Below, piece after piece: positions 9,460-19,676 of a stretch of DNA of 40,722 bases (its first letter is position 1; the number at the start of each line of letters is the position of its first letter). Source of the DNA: Betaproteobacteria bacterium (GTDB taxonomy: Bacteria; Pseudomonadota; Gammaproteobacteria; Burkholderiales; SG8-41); contig JACQOK010000197.1 in the NCBI GenBank assembly GCA_016202565.1, forward strand, positions 1 to 40,722. The letters are read 5' to 3'. The position numbers and the translations under genes were made by a program. The notes beneath the pieces were generated by a model. The model was not told the DNA's origin. It worked only from the letters and a program-made list of their open reading frames with translations, and did no database searches.

Positions 9460-10962
9460 TCACTCTCCATGCCGCGCATCGCCGGCAACGGCGAGCCAGT
9501 TCCGTCCCGCGCTCAGCAATAGTTGCATCAAGAGGCCGTAGGTCGCCGCCATGATCGCAGTGCCGGCGGCAATGCGTGCGAACGGCCCGCTGACGATGAA
9601 ATAGTGGCAGACCGTCCACCACGTCAGCGTCGCAGCGAGTGCCGCGAACAAGGTGAACGTTCCGAGCGTGCGCCAATCCTGCAAGCGGCGCAACGGAACC
9701 CCGGTGAGGCGCGTGATGTAGCGCAGCGTGACGATACGGTCGAGGTAAATCATGATCACGCTGCCTGCCGCCGCTCCCGCCAGGCCGAAGTGTTGCGCTG
9801 CAATCCAGCTGATCGGCACCGCGCAGACCAATGCGATCAGGTTTACGCCCATGACGAAGGGGCCCCGTCGCAGCAAGAACGTTATGCTCGCGAGTTCTAC
9901 AATAAGAGCCATCAGCCCAACGACATAGATGCGCATCACGGGAGCCGCATCGATGTACGCCGCGGTGTACACGATAGTGACCACTTCCTCGGCGAATACG
10001 AAGGCGAATGCGGCCAGCGGGCATGCGAGCGCTGCGACCATCACGTTGGCACGGCTGTTGAGTTCGAGCATGCCGGGCAAATCGCCTGCCGCCTGGAGCC
10101 GACTCATGCTCGGAAGGAAGACGCTGCTGACCGACTTGCGGAACAATGCGATCAGCGTCCCCAGTATCGCGGCGATCGAAAACGAGGCGAACAGGCCGAG
10201 CGGAAAGAGCGCCGCCGCCACCCACTGGTCCGCCCGCGTGCGCAGGTCATATATCGCACCCGCGGCGCCGAACGGCGCTGCGTATCTCACCTGCTCCCGG
10301 AACCTGCGCAGCCGTAGAATCGGCCCCCCCAGCCCATGATGTCTTGCCAGATAGACAAGAAGCAGGGCGATCTTCAGCACCACGAATCCGAGGAGCACCA
10401 ACAGCACGGGACCCAGTTCCCGTGTCAGGATGGCGGCGAGCGAAAGTGCCGCGGCCCGCAGCGATGCGAGCCCGACCGTCACGTTTACCTGCCAAATAAC
10501 GCGTTCCTCCACTGTAGGCAGCGAATCGAGGACCGAGGCGATCACCCAAAGCACGACGAATGCCGGCACGGTGGTGCCGTGCTCCAGAAGGCCGTGCATC
10601 GTTCCGGGCAACCACGGATTCCAACTGCTGACGGCCCATCCCGAAATGAGGCCGGTGAACGTCAGGAATAGCAGCGTCTGGTTGATGTAGAGCCGCTTCG
10701 TCACGCGGTCCGAGCGCGGCAGGAAATAGTAGAGGCTGTGCGCCATCGCGAACGACGCTACGGCCATCACCGTCCCCACCGCGAGCCATAGCAGGCGATA
10801 GTGCCCAAAAGCGAGGACATCCAGGCAGCGCGCCAGCACTACCGGAAGCAGAAACTGCATGGCGTACTCGAAGGCGTTGGCGCCGCCCACAGAAAGCGCG
10901 CGCCATCGGAGCCGGTGCAGGTTCGGCACTGCTTCCGATGATGCTCCGCGGTCCGAGTTCAA
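9460..10962 (-). CDS. Wzx-type oligosaccharide flippase
   Basis: About 500 aa with many hydrophobic helices, LLPVVLARCL...FGHYRLLW, in EPS context. Exact start uncertain. Confidence 0.8.
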   Translation of the reverse strand: MNSDRGASSEAVPNLHRLRWRALSVGGANAFEYAMQFLLPVVLARCLDVLAFGHYRLLWLAVGTVMAVASFAMAHSLYYFLPRSDRVTKRLYINQTLLFLTFTGLISGWAVSSWNPWLPGTMHGLLEHGTTVPAFVVLWVIASVLDSLPTVEERVIWQVNVTVGLASLRAAALSLAAILTRELGPVLLVLLGFVVLKIALLLVYLARHHGLGGPILRLRRFREQVRYAAPFGAAGAIYDLRTRADQWVAAALFPLGLFASFSIAAILGTLIALFRKSVSSVFLPSMSRLQAAGDLPGMLELNSRANVMVAALACPLAAFAFVFAEEVVTIVYTAAYIDAAPVMRIYVVGLMALIVELASITFLLRRGPFVMGVNLIALVCAVPISWIAAQHFGLAGAAAGSVIMIYLDRIVTLRYITRLTGVPLRRLQDWRTLGTFTLFAALAATLTWWTVCHYFIVSGPFARIAAGTAIMAATYGLLMQLLLSAGRNWLAVAGDARHGE

Positions 10963-10977
10963 GCGTCGCGCCTTCCG

Positions 10978-12138
10978 TTATGCCGTTTGAAAACGGGGAT
11001 CGTTCTTGATGTACTTGCGATACACCGCTTCCAGTTCGGTGACCGCCTTTTCGATGGTGCCATGGTCATGCACCCATCTCTTCTGGCCGGCGGCGATGGC
11101 ATCGCGCTCGGAATAGGCCCAGATCACGGCGCGCGCGATGTCTTCGGGGGAATGGCGTGCCACTACCTGGCGCGGAAACGGCAGGATCCGCCGGATATCC
11201 GAATACTCCGTACTCACCACCGGCACGCCGAGGCACATCGCTTCGAGCACAGTGTTGGGAAACCCTTCGTGCACCGATGTGACGAACAGCACGTCGCTCT
11301 GGCGGAGAATGGCGGGAACATCGGCGCGGTGGCCGCAGAATCGAATCTTCTCCTGCAGGCCGAGCCGGTGGTAGTGCCTTAGAACGCTGTCCTTGTAGCT
11401 TCGCGTATCAGACGCTGCGCCCGGTTTGTATGGGCCCGAGGGCGAGAGCTGATCGCCGATGAACAACACGCGCCACGCCGGGTCAATCGCGATCAGCCGG
11501 GCGGCGGTGTCGAGCGCCAGATGATAGTTCTTCTGAGGCTTGATGGCGCCCACGAGGCACGCGAGGCGGACACGTTGATCTCCGAAGAACTCGGAGCGGT
11601 AATCGCGAGCGCCCGCGGCAGCCTTCCGCTCCAGCTCCTCCGTCTGGATTCCGTTCCACACCACGTGCACATCGTCTGGAAGCAGGCCAAACAGATGCTG
11701 CGCGAATTTCTTGCCGGCATAGGTGTTGGCGACCACCCCGCGCGCCAGTCCACGGGTGAACCGGTGTGCCAGACGCTGGCGCCACGACAGGCGATAGTTG
11801 TCGTTGCGCTCGGAATTGAGAACCGGAACGCCGCTGCTGAACCCTGCCAGGCGGGAATAGAGATCTCCGTCGAAGAGAAATCCGTGGATCACGTCGGGCC
11901 GCCAGTCCACGATCATTTTTCGCAGCCGCCACAGCACTGCCGGATCGAGCTTGGTCCGTTTCTGGTCGATCACCAGATTCACCCCCGAGCCCGCGAGCTC
12001 GGCCTCCCTGGGCGCCTTGGTGTTCAACGTGTAGATCGCCACTTCGTGTCCACGCCGTGCCAGCTGCTTTGACAGCGCCACCACTTGCTTCTCGGCACCC
12101 CCAGTGGTGAGGGCGCTGATCACGTAAAGAATTCTCAT
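10978..12138 (-). CDS. Glycosyltransferase family 4
   Basis: MRILYVISALTTGGAEKQ start and EGFPNTVLEAMCLGVPVV motif. Confidence 0.9.
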   Translation of the reverse strand: MRILYVISALTTGGAEKQVVALSKQLARRGHEVAIYTLNTKAPREAELAGSGVNLVIDQKRTKLDPAVLWRLRKMIVDWRPDVIHGFLFDGDLYSRLAGFSSGVPVLNSERNDNYRLSWRQRLAHRFTRGLARGVVANTYAGKKFAQHLFGLLPDDVHVVWNGIQTEELERKAAAGARDYRSEFFGDQRVRLACLVGAIKPQKNYHLALDTAARLIAIDPAWRVLFIGDQLSPSGPYKPGAASDTRSYKDSVLRHYHRLGLQEKIRFCGHRADVPAILRQSDVLFVTSVHEGFPNTVLEAMCLGVPVVSTEYSDIRRILPFPRQVVARHSPEDIARAVIWAYSERDAIAAGQKRWVHDHGTIEKAVTELEAVYRKYIKNDPRFQTA

Positions 12139-12511
12139 GGCATATCGTCCAGTGGGGCGACGGGACAGCGCGTGCAGTGCCCGCAAGCGGTGCTTCTGAG
12201 AGACGCTCTCTCGTCCTTCTGCGGGCAGGTTGCCGCAACCGGACGCGACTGCGACCGGCGATTCAATACATCGCCGCCTTCTCGACCGCTTGCCGGAAGG
12301 CATTGTGGCCCCTTGTCATGTTACGTCCACGCACGGACCACGATCCGGATGGACTATACGCGCGACCTACAGGACTTTCAGTCCGAAGACCATACTCGCC
12401 AATGCGCATTCAAAGCGCAATTCGCGACATGGATCACGACGTGTTGATGGAAGAGTCGGGGGCTCGGTACCAGGCGCCGGACTGCGCCGGCGCCTTGCCT
12501 GGGAAGCTGCG

Positions 12512-13591
12512 ATGAAAGTGCTCGTCACCGGGGCGGCTGGCTTCATCGGCTGTGCGCTGGCGCTGCGGCTTCTCGCGCGCGGCGACGGGGTCACGGGGGT
12601 GGACAACCTCAATGATTATTATGACGCCGGCCTGAAATACGCACGGCTTGCCCGTCTGCAGAAGCGCCCGGGCTTCCGGTTTCTCAAGATCGACATTGCA
12701 GACCGCGAGCCGATGGCGGATCTTTTCGCCCGCGAGCGCTTCCGCGCCGTCGTGCACCTCGCCGCACAGGCGGGCGTGCGCTACGCGCTCGAGAATTCCT
12801 CCGCTTACATCGATTCCAACCTTACCGGTTTCTCCCACGTGCTCGAAGGCTGCCGCAGCACGCAGGTGGCGCACCTCGTGTTCGCATCGTCGAGCTCGGT
12901 CTACGGCGCCAACACGCGCCAGCCCTTCTCCGAACATCAGAACGTTGATCACCCACTGTCGCTGTACGCCGCCACCAAGAAGGCCAACGAACTGATGGCG
13001 CACAGCTATGCCCATCTCTACCGGCTGCCCTGCACGGGGTTGCGCTTTTTCACTGTCTACGGTCCGTGGGGGCGGCCGGACATGTCGTATTTCAAGTTTG
13101 CACAGGGCATCCTTGCCGGCCGGCCGATACCGGTATTCAACCGCGGCGACATGAGGCGTGATTTCACTTACATCGACGATATCGTCGAAGCGCTGGCGCG
13201 GGTCATCGACCGTCCCGCAGCCCCCCATCCCGGCTGGAACAGCGGAGCACCCGATCCCGCTACCAGCAGCGCGCCCTACCGTCTCTACAACATCGGCAAC
13301 AATCGGCCGGTGAAACTGCTGCGCTACATCCAGATTCTCGAACAGTGCCTCGGGAAGAAGGCGATCCTCGAGCTGATGCCCATGCAGCCGGGCGACGTGC
13401 CGGCGACGTGTGCTGATATTTCGGATCTCGAGGCGGCGGTGGGGTTTCGTCCCCGGACGCCGGTTGAGGTCGGTATAGCGCGCTTCGTTGAATGGTATCG
13501 GGCTTACTACAACGTCAGAAAATCAACCGAGGCCCGTCCCTCATCGCTTTCCAACCCGGTATCGATTCAAGACATCCTCAATGAAACTTAG
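12512..13591 (+). CDS. UDP-glucuronate 4-epimerase (NAD-dependent epimerase)
   Basis: MKVLVTGAAGFIG, HLAAQAGVRY, SLYAATKKANELMAHSY and RFFTVYGPWGRPDM. Confidence 0.9.
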   Translation: MKVLVTGAAGFIGCALALRLLARGDGVTGVDNLNDYYDAGLKYARLARLQKRPGFRFLKIDIADREPMADLFARERFRAVVHLAAQAGVRYALENSSAYIDSNLTGFSHVLEGCRSTQVAHLVFASSSSVYGANTRQPFSEHQNVDHPLSLYAATKKANELMAHSYAHLYRLPCTGLRFFTVYGPWGRPDMSYFKFAQGILAGRPIPVFNRGDMRRDFTYIDDIVEALARVIDRPAAPHPGWNSGAPDPATSSAPYRLYNIGNNRPVKLLRYIQILEQCLGKKAILELMPMQPGDVPATCADISDLEAAVGFRPRTPVEVGIARFVEWYRAYYNVRKSTEARPSSLSNPVSIQDILNET

Positions 13592-14915
13592 CATCACCGG
13601 CGCGGGTTATGTGGGTCTTGTCACCGGCGCCTGTTTCGCCGAAATGGGAAACACCGTCATCTGCGTCGACAACAATGCGGCGAAAGTAACGGCGCTGCGT
13701 TCCGGCGAGATGCCGATTTCCGAGCCCGGGCTGGCGGATCTCGTCTCCGCGAACCTGCGCGCTGGACGTCTCCACTTCACCACCTCGCTCGCCGAGGCCG
13801 TCTCCGCCACGACCATCCATTTCATCGCGGTAGGCACGCCACCCGGGGAGGATGGCTCTGCCGATCTCACGCACGTCCTCGAAGTCGCGCGCGGAATCGG
13901 AAGGCACATGCAGTCCGAATGCATTGTGGTGGACAAGTCCACAGTGCCGGTCGGTACCGCCGACCGGGTCCGGGCCGCCATCCAGGAGGAGCTGGACCGC
14001 CGCGGCCTGGCGCTTGACTTCGATGTGGTCAGCAATCCAGAGTTTCTCAAGGAAGGTGACGCTGTAAACGATTTCATGCGGCCCGAGCGCATCATCGTGG
14101 GAAGCCAGTCGCCGCGCGCAGCGGAGATGCTGAGCGCGCTCTACTCGCCGTTCACCCGCAACCACGAGCGGCTGCTCGTCATGGGCGTGCGTGACGCGGA
14201 GATGACCAAGTACGCCGCCAATGCGATGCTCGCCGTGCGCATCTCCTTCATGAACGAGATGGCCGCCGTCTGCGAGCGGCTCGGCGTGGACGTCGAGAAT
14301 GTGCGCCGCGGCATCGGCTCGGATTCGCGCATCGGGCATGCCTTCCTCTATCCCGGCTGCGGCTATGGCGGGTCCTGTTTCCCGAAGGACATGCGCGCAC
14401 TGGTGCACATGGCTGCCGAAAACGGCGTCGATGCCGGCATCCTGCGCGCCGCCGAAACGCGAAACCAGGTCCAAAAGCATCGGCTCTTCGAAAAGATCCG
14501 CGAGCGCTTCGACGGCCGCCTGGCCGGGAAAGTGATCGGATTGTGGGGGCTCGCCTTCAAACCCGGCACGGACGATTTGCGGGAGGCGCCTTCTCTGGTG
14601 TTGATCGAGCGGCTGCTCGACGCCAATGCCGGCGTGCGCGCCTACGACCCGGTGGCGATGGACAACGCCCGTCGCAGCTTTCCCCCCGCGTGGCTGCGTT
14701 CCGACAAGCTCGAGCTGGTGGATCGGCAATATGACGTCCCCCGCGGCGCCGATGCGCTCGCGCTGGTGACGGAGTGGAAGCCGTTCCGGCGGCCCGATTT
14801 CGACGCGCTGAAGAGGCTCATGGCATCGCCCGTCATTTTCGACGGGCGCAATCAGTACGACCCGCAACAGGTGCGCGCGGCGGGATTCGAGTATATCGGC
14901 ATCGGTCGGTGCTGA
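13581..14915 (+). CDS. ugd: UDP-glucose 6-dehydrogenase
   Basis: GAGYVGLV, KSTVPVGT, SNPEFLKEG, GYGGSCFPKD and WGLAFKPGTDDLREAPS. Confidence 0.92.
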   Translation: MKLSITGAGYVGLVTGACFAEMGNTVICVDNNAAKVTALRSGEMPISEPGLADLVSANLRAGRLHFTTSLAEAVSATTIHFIAVGTPPGEDGSADLTHVLEVARGIGRHMQSECIVVDKSTVPVGTADRVRAAIQEELDRRGLALDFDVVSNPEFLKEGDAVNDFMRPERIIVGSQSPRAAEMLSALYSPFTRNHERLLVMGVRDAEMTKYAANAMLAVRISFMNEMAAVCERLGVDVENVRRGIGSDSRIGHAFLYPGCGYGGSCFPKDMRALVHMAAENGVDAGILRAAETRNQVQKHRLFEKIRERFDGRLAGKVIGLWGLAFKPGTDDLREAPSLVLIERLLDANAGVRAYDPVAMDNARRSFPPAWLRSDKLELVDRQYDVPRGADALALVTEWKPFRRPDFDALKRLMASPVIFDGRNQYDPQQVRAAGFEYIGIGRC

Positions 14916-14950
14916 ATCGTCCTGCACAAGACACACCTCTCCTCGCCCCT

Positions 14951-16039
14951 TCACGAAGCAGCCACCCGAATATTTTCTGCGCGAAGTTCGGTATAGATCG
15001 CGGAGATCTGGGGGACAATTCTCTCAACGGCGAAGAGCTGTTCAACCTTGCGCCTTCCCGCCTCACCCATCCTTTGCCGAAGATCGGCATCTGCCAATAA
15101 TCTACCTACGCGGTCGGCCAGGGCCACAATATCGCCGGGTTGGACGAGAAACCCTTCCACGCCATCGCTAACCGCTTCAGGAATACCGCCCACCGGAGTG
15201 GCGACGACCGGCAACCCGGCCGCCATCGCCTCCAATACGCTCATCGGCAAACCCTCGTGGTACGAAGGGAGCACATAGAGCGAAGCCCGCGCGAGCAGCA
15301 CGCGCTTGTCGTCCCCGCCTACCCAGCCAAGCGGCCGGACCTTGTCGGCAACGCCCAACGCCGCAGCACGGCTTCGTATGGATTCGAGTTCGCCGTCACC
15401 CGCCAGCAGTACCTGCAATCGGGGAAAACGCTCCGCCAGGATCACGCTGGCTTCCAGGAGATCGTAGGTGCCCTTCCCCTTGCCTAATCGTCCCAAGACA
15501 AGCAGCATCGCCGCATCGCGTGCTTCGCATGCGGTGGGGGCTTCCAGCACGACCGGGTTATAGACCACGCTGACGCGCGCCTTCGGGAACTCCGTCATGA
15601 CCCATTCCCGCCAGGTATGCGACAACACGATAACCCTGTTCGCGTGTTCAAATACGAAGCCGATCAGGCGACGGACCAGAGGAGGACTTTCCCTTCCGTA
15701 AAACAACGGGAACTCACCGCCGTGAAGATGCACGATAACCGGAACATTCCAGGCAAACGCGCTCAGAAAGAACGCGAGCTTCCGCCAGAAACTCGCTCGT
15801 GACGCCATATGCAGATGTACCAGCGCCACGCGACCCGGCAAAAGAAGCAAAAGGAAATATAGCCAGGCTCTAACCGCCCTGGCCAACTTTCGGACACGGC
15901 CGCCCTCGCAGTGGCTGGCGATGTATTCCACCGCAAATTGGCTGAACAGGCCACCGGCCTTCAGTGCGCCCGCCACCGCCGACACACCGCCCTGGGTATC
16001 CAGTGCGGTACCGACCATCACGATGCGTGCCGTAGCCAT
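14951..16039 (-). CDS. Glycosyltransferase family 4
   Basis: LPSYHEGLPMSVLEAMAAGLPVVATPVGGIPE. Start is 16039 (GGGG RBS) or 16075. Confidence 0.9.
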   Translation of the reverse strand: MATARIVMVGTALDTQGGVSAVAGALKAGGLFSQFAVEYIASHCEGGRVRKLARAVRAWLYFLLLLLPGRVALVHLHMASRASFWRKLAFFLSAFAWNVPVIVHLHGGEFPLFYGRESPPLVRRLIGFVFEHANRVIVLSHTWREWVMTEFPKARVSVVYNPVVLEAPTACEARDAAMLLVLGRLGKGKGTYDLLEASVILAERFPRLQVLLAGDGELESIRSRAAALGVADKVRPLGWVGGDDKRVLLARASLYVLPSYHEGLPMSVLEAMAAGLPVVATPVGGIPEAVSDGVEGFLVQPGDIVALADRVGRLLADADLRQRMGEAGRRKVEQLFAVERIVPQISAIYTELRAENIRVAAS

Positions 16040-16179
16040 AGCCCCATGTCGAACATTGCCGGTCACTTCCTGCAAGCGTCCAGTGTGCGGAAACCAAGCT
16101 CGATTCCAGATCCCAAACAGCGCGGCGGCCTTGGCCCGGAACGACGGAAATAGCGCTTACGAATGGGTGATCCGGGACA

Positions 16180-18117
16180 CTAGGTATTTACAGCCCACCT
16201 CTCGCGCCACATCTCAAATGCAGCGAGCAGCCAGACCTTTTGCACGTCAAGCCGGTCCCGCCTGAGGCCGCCTTCCTTCAAGCAGATGAGCGCGCGTTGC
16301 ACCGCTTCCGGGTTGAGAATCCCCGCCGCCTGCACGCGGTCGGGGGCAAGATACGTATCCAGCAGCTCCGAAAGCTCGCCGCGCAGCCAGCGGGACATGG
16401 GAACGGCGAATCCGTGCTTGGGACGCTCCAGTATCGATCTTGGAATGTACCGATACAGAACGCGGCGCAACAGGTGCTTGGCGCCGAGTGATCCGCGCCG
16501 CAAGCGGAGCGGCAACCGCAGGGCAAACTCTACCAGACGGTGATCGAGCAGCGGCTCCCGTCCTTCGAGCCCCACCGCCATCGTCGTGCGATCGACTTTT
16601 GTAAGGATATCGTCGGGAAGATAAAAGCGCAGATCGGAGCAGCTCATGTAGTCGGCGAAGCATCGCGTATGGCCGTTCAGCACGGGGCGTGGTGACACTG
16701 ATCCGCCGAGCAGTTGCGCGCATTCGGCCGGCGTCCAGAACGACATGCCCAAGTCATAGAGCGTGGCCGGGCATACCTCGGGCAGTACGCTGCGCAGCCG
16801 TTCCAGCCGGTCAATGGCCGCACGCCTTACGGTGTGACGCAGCGAAGCCGGAGCGGGGAGCCGATCCACCAGCCGCTGCAACGACGTGCCGGGCAACGAC
16901 TGCAGGCTGTGTGACAAGGTATGCCGTACGGGTCGCGGGATCTGAGCGAGTATCCGCTGCCGGGTGAGCATCGCGCCGTAGTGCCCGTAACCGCTGAACA
17001 GCTCGTCGCCGCCGTCGGCGGAGAGTGCCACCTTCGCGCTCTCGCGCGCGACGCGCGACACCAGAAACGTCGGGACGCCGGACGCGTCGCCGAAGGGCTC
17101 GTCAAACAGATCGCCCCAGCGCGTGAGAATGCCGGCCATTTCCCGCGGGGAGAGAATACGCTCGGTGTGCCGCGATCCCACGTAATCCGCCACCCGTCGA
17201 GCCCACCGTGACTCGTCATAATTCGGGTCGGTAAAGCCGATGGTGAAGGTGTGCACGGTTTGGCCGGAATGACGTGCCAGAATCGCCGCGACGAGCGACG
17301 AGTCCAGGCCGCCGGACAGGAAGATCCCGACCGGCACGTCCGCGATCATGCGATAGCGGAACGCATCGATAAACATTGCCTCAAGCTGCTCTTCGAGCTC
17401 GTGCTCCGATCCGGCCAGCGGCTCGCGCGGTTCGAGGGCTGACCAGTAGCAGCGTGTTACGGGTTCACCGCCCTCGCGCAATTCCAGCCAGTGCCCGGGC
17501 AGCAGCTTGAAAACCCGGCGATAGATGCTGCGCGGCGCCGATATGTATCCGAATTGGAAGTATTCCCCCAGCGCGTCGGGGTCAATTTCGGCACGCCATG
17601 CGCCAAAGGCGCGCAACGCTTTCAGTTCCGACCCGAACCACAGCGATCGCCCGTCCCAGGCGTAATACAGCGGCTTGATGCCGAGCCGGTCTCGAATGAG
17701 CCAGAGACGTCGCTCGCTTTCCCGCCATAATGCGATGGCGAACATGCCGATGAATCGCTCGACTGCGGCGATTCCCCATTGCCGGAGCGCGGCGAGCACG
17801 ACTTCGGAATCTCCACTGCTTCTGAAGCGGTGTCCGCACTTCTCCAGTTGCGCCTTTATCTCCGCGAAGTTGTAGATTTCGCCGTTGAAGGCCATGACGA
17901 AATCGCTGTCCTCCGACACCATCGGCTGGTGCCCCAGGCTCGAAAGGTCGAGGATCGAAAGCCGTGTATGGCCGAAGGCGACGCTCCCGCCGGCACGCAG
18001 CCAGGTCCCGCTGTCGTCGGGACCACGCTGGAGCAAGCTCTGGACGGAGCCGGCGAGATCACACGACCACGCCTCGGGCTGACATTTCTGCGCCCAGTAT
18101 CCCGTAATGCCGCACAT
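16180..18117 (-). CDS. asnB: Asparagine synthase (glutamine-hydrolysing) family amidotransferase
   Basis: Ntn start MCGITG, RGPD, FNGEIYN, RDRLGIKPLYY, FLSGGLDSS and LSADGGDELFSGY. Confidence 0.92.
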   Translation of the reverse strand: MCGITGYWAQKCQPEAWSCDLAGSVQSLLQRGPDDSGTWLRAGGSVAFGHTRLSILDLSSLGHQPMVSEDSDFVMAFNGEIYNFAEIKAQLEKCGHRFRSSGDSEVVLAALRQWGIAAVERFIGMFAIALWRESERRLWLIRDRLGIKPLYYAWDGRSLWFGSELKALRAFGAWRAEIDPDALGEYFQFGYISAPRSIYRRVFKLLPGHWLELREGGEPVTRCYWSALEPREPLAGSEHELEEQLEAMFIDAFRYRMIADVPVGIFLSGGLDSSLVAAILARHSGQTVHTFTIGFTDPNYDESRWARRVADYVGSRHTERILSPREMAGILTRWGDLFDEPFGDASGVPTFLVSRVARESAKVALSADGGDELFSGYGHYGAMLTRQRILAQIPRPVRHTLSHSLQSLPGTSLQRLVDRLPAPASLRHTVRRAAIDRLERLRSVLPEVCPATLYDLGMSFWTPAECAQLLGGSVSPRPVLNGHTRCFADYMSCSDLRFYLPDDILTKVDRTTMAVGLEGREPLLDHRLVEFALRLPLRLRRGSLGAKHLLRRVLYRYIPRSILERPKHGFAVPMSRWLRGELSELLDTYLAPDRVQAAGILNPEAVQRALICLKEGGLRRDRLDVQKVWLLAAFEMWRERWAVNT

Positions 18118-18128
18118 GGCGGTGTGGG

Positions 18129-19598
18129 TTAGGCCGCGCTCTTCCCGGCGCGCAGGCCATACATCATGCCTGCCGCGAGCCACAGGAAAATCTGCTCGGG
18201 TCGCGGTGTGAGGCCACCGTCGACCAGTGCCATGATCAGGAATACCACCAATCCCGCGGCCGCGCCCTGGAACAGGCCGCGCTCGCCCGCGCGCAGATCC
18301 GGATCTGCTGCCAGTCGCCGAAACTCCTTCCAGAGGTGGACGAAATAGGCGCAGACCAAGGCAAGCCCGACGACTCCCATGTCCAGCAGCACCTGCAGGT
18401 AGGCGCTATGAGGATGTATTACGGCGGGCGCCCGCCCCGACCGCACTGCCTCCGACCACATCATCGACCCGATGCCATTGCCGTAGATGGGGCTGCGCAA
18501 CAGATCGGGAATCAGAGGTATCCAGATCCTGTCGATGCGCCCCGCGCTGATTGCGTTGGCGTCTCCTCCAAAACCATGGGTCACCCGCTCGTAGACCGCG
18601 TCCGGAAGCAGGAGCAGCACCCCAACCGCGAAAAGCGCACCGAACAGAATGCCGCTGATATTGCGCCGCGATGCCAGGAACAGAGCGGTCACCAGGACAA
18701 ATCCCGCGAAGCTGCCGCGCGAGAACGTCAGTACCACCGCCACGCCTATTACCGCCATGGTCGCCACCAGGACGAGCTTGATCCTGTGGTCTTTCGTCCC
18801 CGCCCAGGTGTACAGCAGAAGCGCGTAGGCGATTACATACATCCTGCCGAGTTCGTTGGCGTGCATGCCCAGTCGGGTCAGAAACTCGCGGGCGCTGGCA
18901 ACTTGGCCGAGACTGGTCCCGGACATCACAAAATAGATGATCACCAGCAAACTCATGATCCACATCGAGATCAGCGTGGGCGCGAGGAATTTTTCCGCGG
19001 TTTCCGTCCGCGCTACCGCCACACCGACCAGCAGCGCAAATGCCACAAGGAACAGCGGCTTGACCACCATGTCCCTGAGATAGCCGGCCGCATCGACAAA
19101 ATTGACGGTCTCCGTCATGAAATACAATAACGGGATCTCCCCGACGTGGCGCGACCCCAGTATTCCGGCAATCAGGAATGGCGCAATGTACAACCACAGC
19201 AGCGGCCGCGGCAGGAAGCGTGGAATGCGTTGGTGAGACATCGCGTGCAGCAGATATGACGCAAACGTCCCGATCAACAGCAGATTCACGGGATTCAAGC
19301 CGACCACGCCGCCGATCGCCCGCGGGAATATCTGGCTGTACGACAACGGCATCAGGATTATGAGCAGGACCACTCCGATACGGAAGTCGTGCAGGATAAA
19401 CACACAGGCGATGAGCGCCAGTCCCACGAACAGAGCATTCCACTCGGCAACGACCACTGCCGCTCCCAACAACACGCAGAGCAAGGCAATGCCGGATGCA
19501 GGGAGAAAAGCGGGGTATGCGCCGTCATCCCGACGCAAACCGGCAAGAGTCTCATCACTGCGGACGAGGGCCCGGGCTCGAGGGAAAATTGCAGCCAT
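18129..19598 (-). CDS. O-antigen ligase / Wzy-like polysaccharide polymerase
   Basis: Polytopic membrane protein with LTFSRGS, GRIDRIW...SPIYGNG and HPHSAYLQVLLDMG (Wzy_C-like). Confidence 0.8.
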   Translation of the reverse strand: MAAIFPRARALVRSDETLAGLRRDDGAYPAFLPASGIALLCVLLGAAVVVAEWNALFVGLALIACVFILHDFRIGVVLLIILMPLSYSQIFPRAIGGVVGLNPVNLLLIGTFASYLLHAMSHQRIPRFLPRPLLWLYIAPFLIAGILGSRHVGEIPLLYFMTETVNFVDAAGYLRDMVVKPLFLVAFALLVGVAVARTETAEKFLAPTLISMWIMSLLVIIYFVMSGTSLGQVASAREFLTRLGMHANELGRMYVIAYALLLYTWAGTKDHRIKLVLVATMAVIGVAVVLTFSRGSFAGFVLVTALFLASRRNISGILFGALFAVGVLLLLPDAVYERVTHGFGGDANAISAGRIDRIWIPLIPDLLRSPIYGNGIGSMMWSEAVRSGRAPAVIHPHSAYLQVLLDMGVVGLALVCAYFVHLWKEFRRLAADPDLRAGERGLFQGAAAGLVVFLIMALVDGGLTPRPEQIFLWLAAGMMYGLRAGKSAA

Positions 19599-19676
19599 CG
19601 TTATTGAATCATCATTGCGGACATGCCGAGTCTCACGGGATCAAGAGTGCCTGCCCGGAATCGTCCTGCGCCGCGA

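Noticed and set aside
9329-10225. Apparent 658-aa epimerase with a long N-terminal extension
   Set aside because: The extension is an alternative frame of the flippase gene. The SDR begins at 9328.
13578-14954. 458-aa minus-strand ORF (likewise 24879-26996, 29595-31685, 32071-33600 and 36705-37928)
   Set aside because: Stop-poor antisense frames of well-supported genes, as expected in high-GC DNA.
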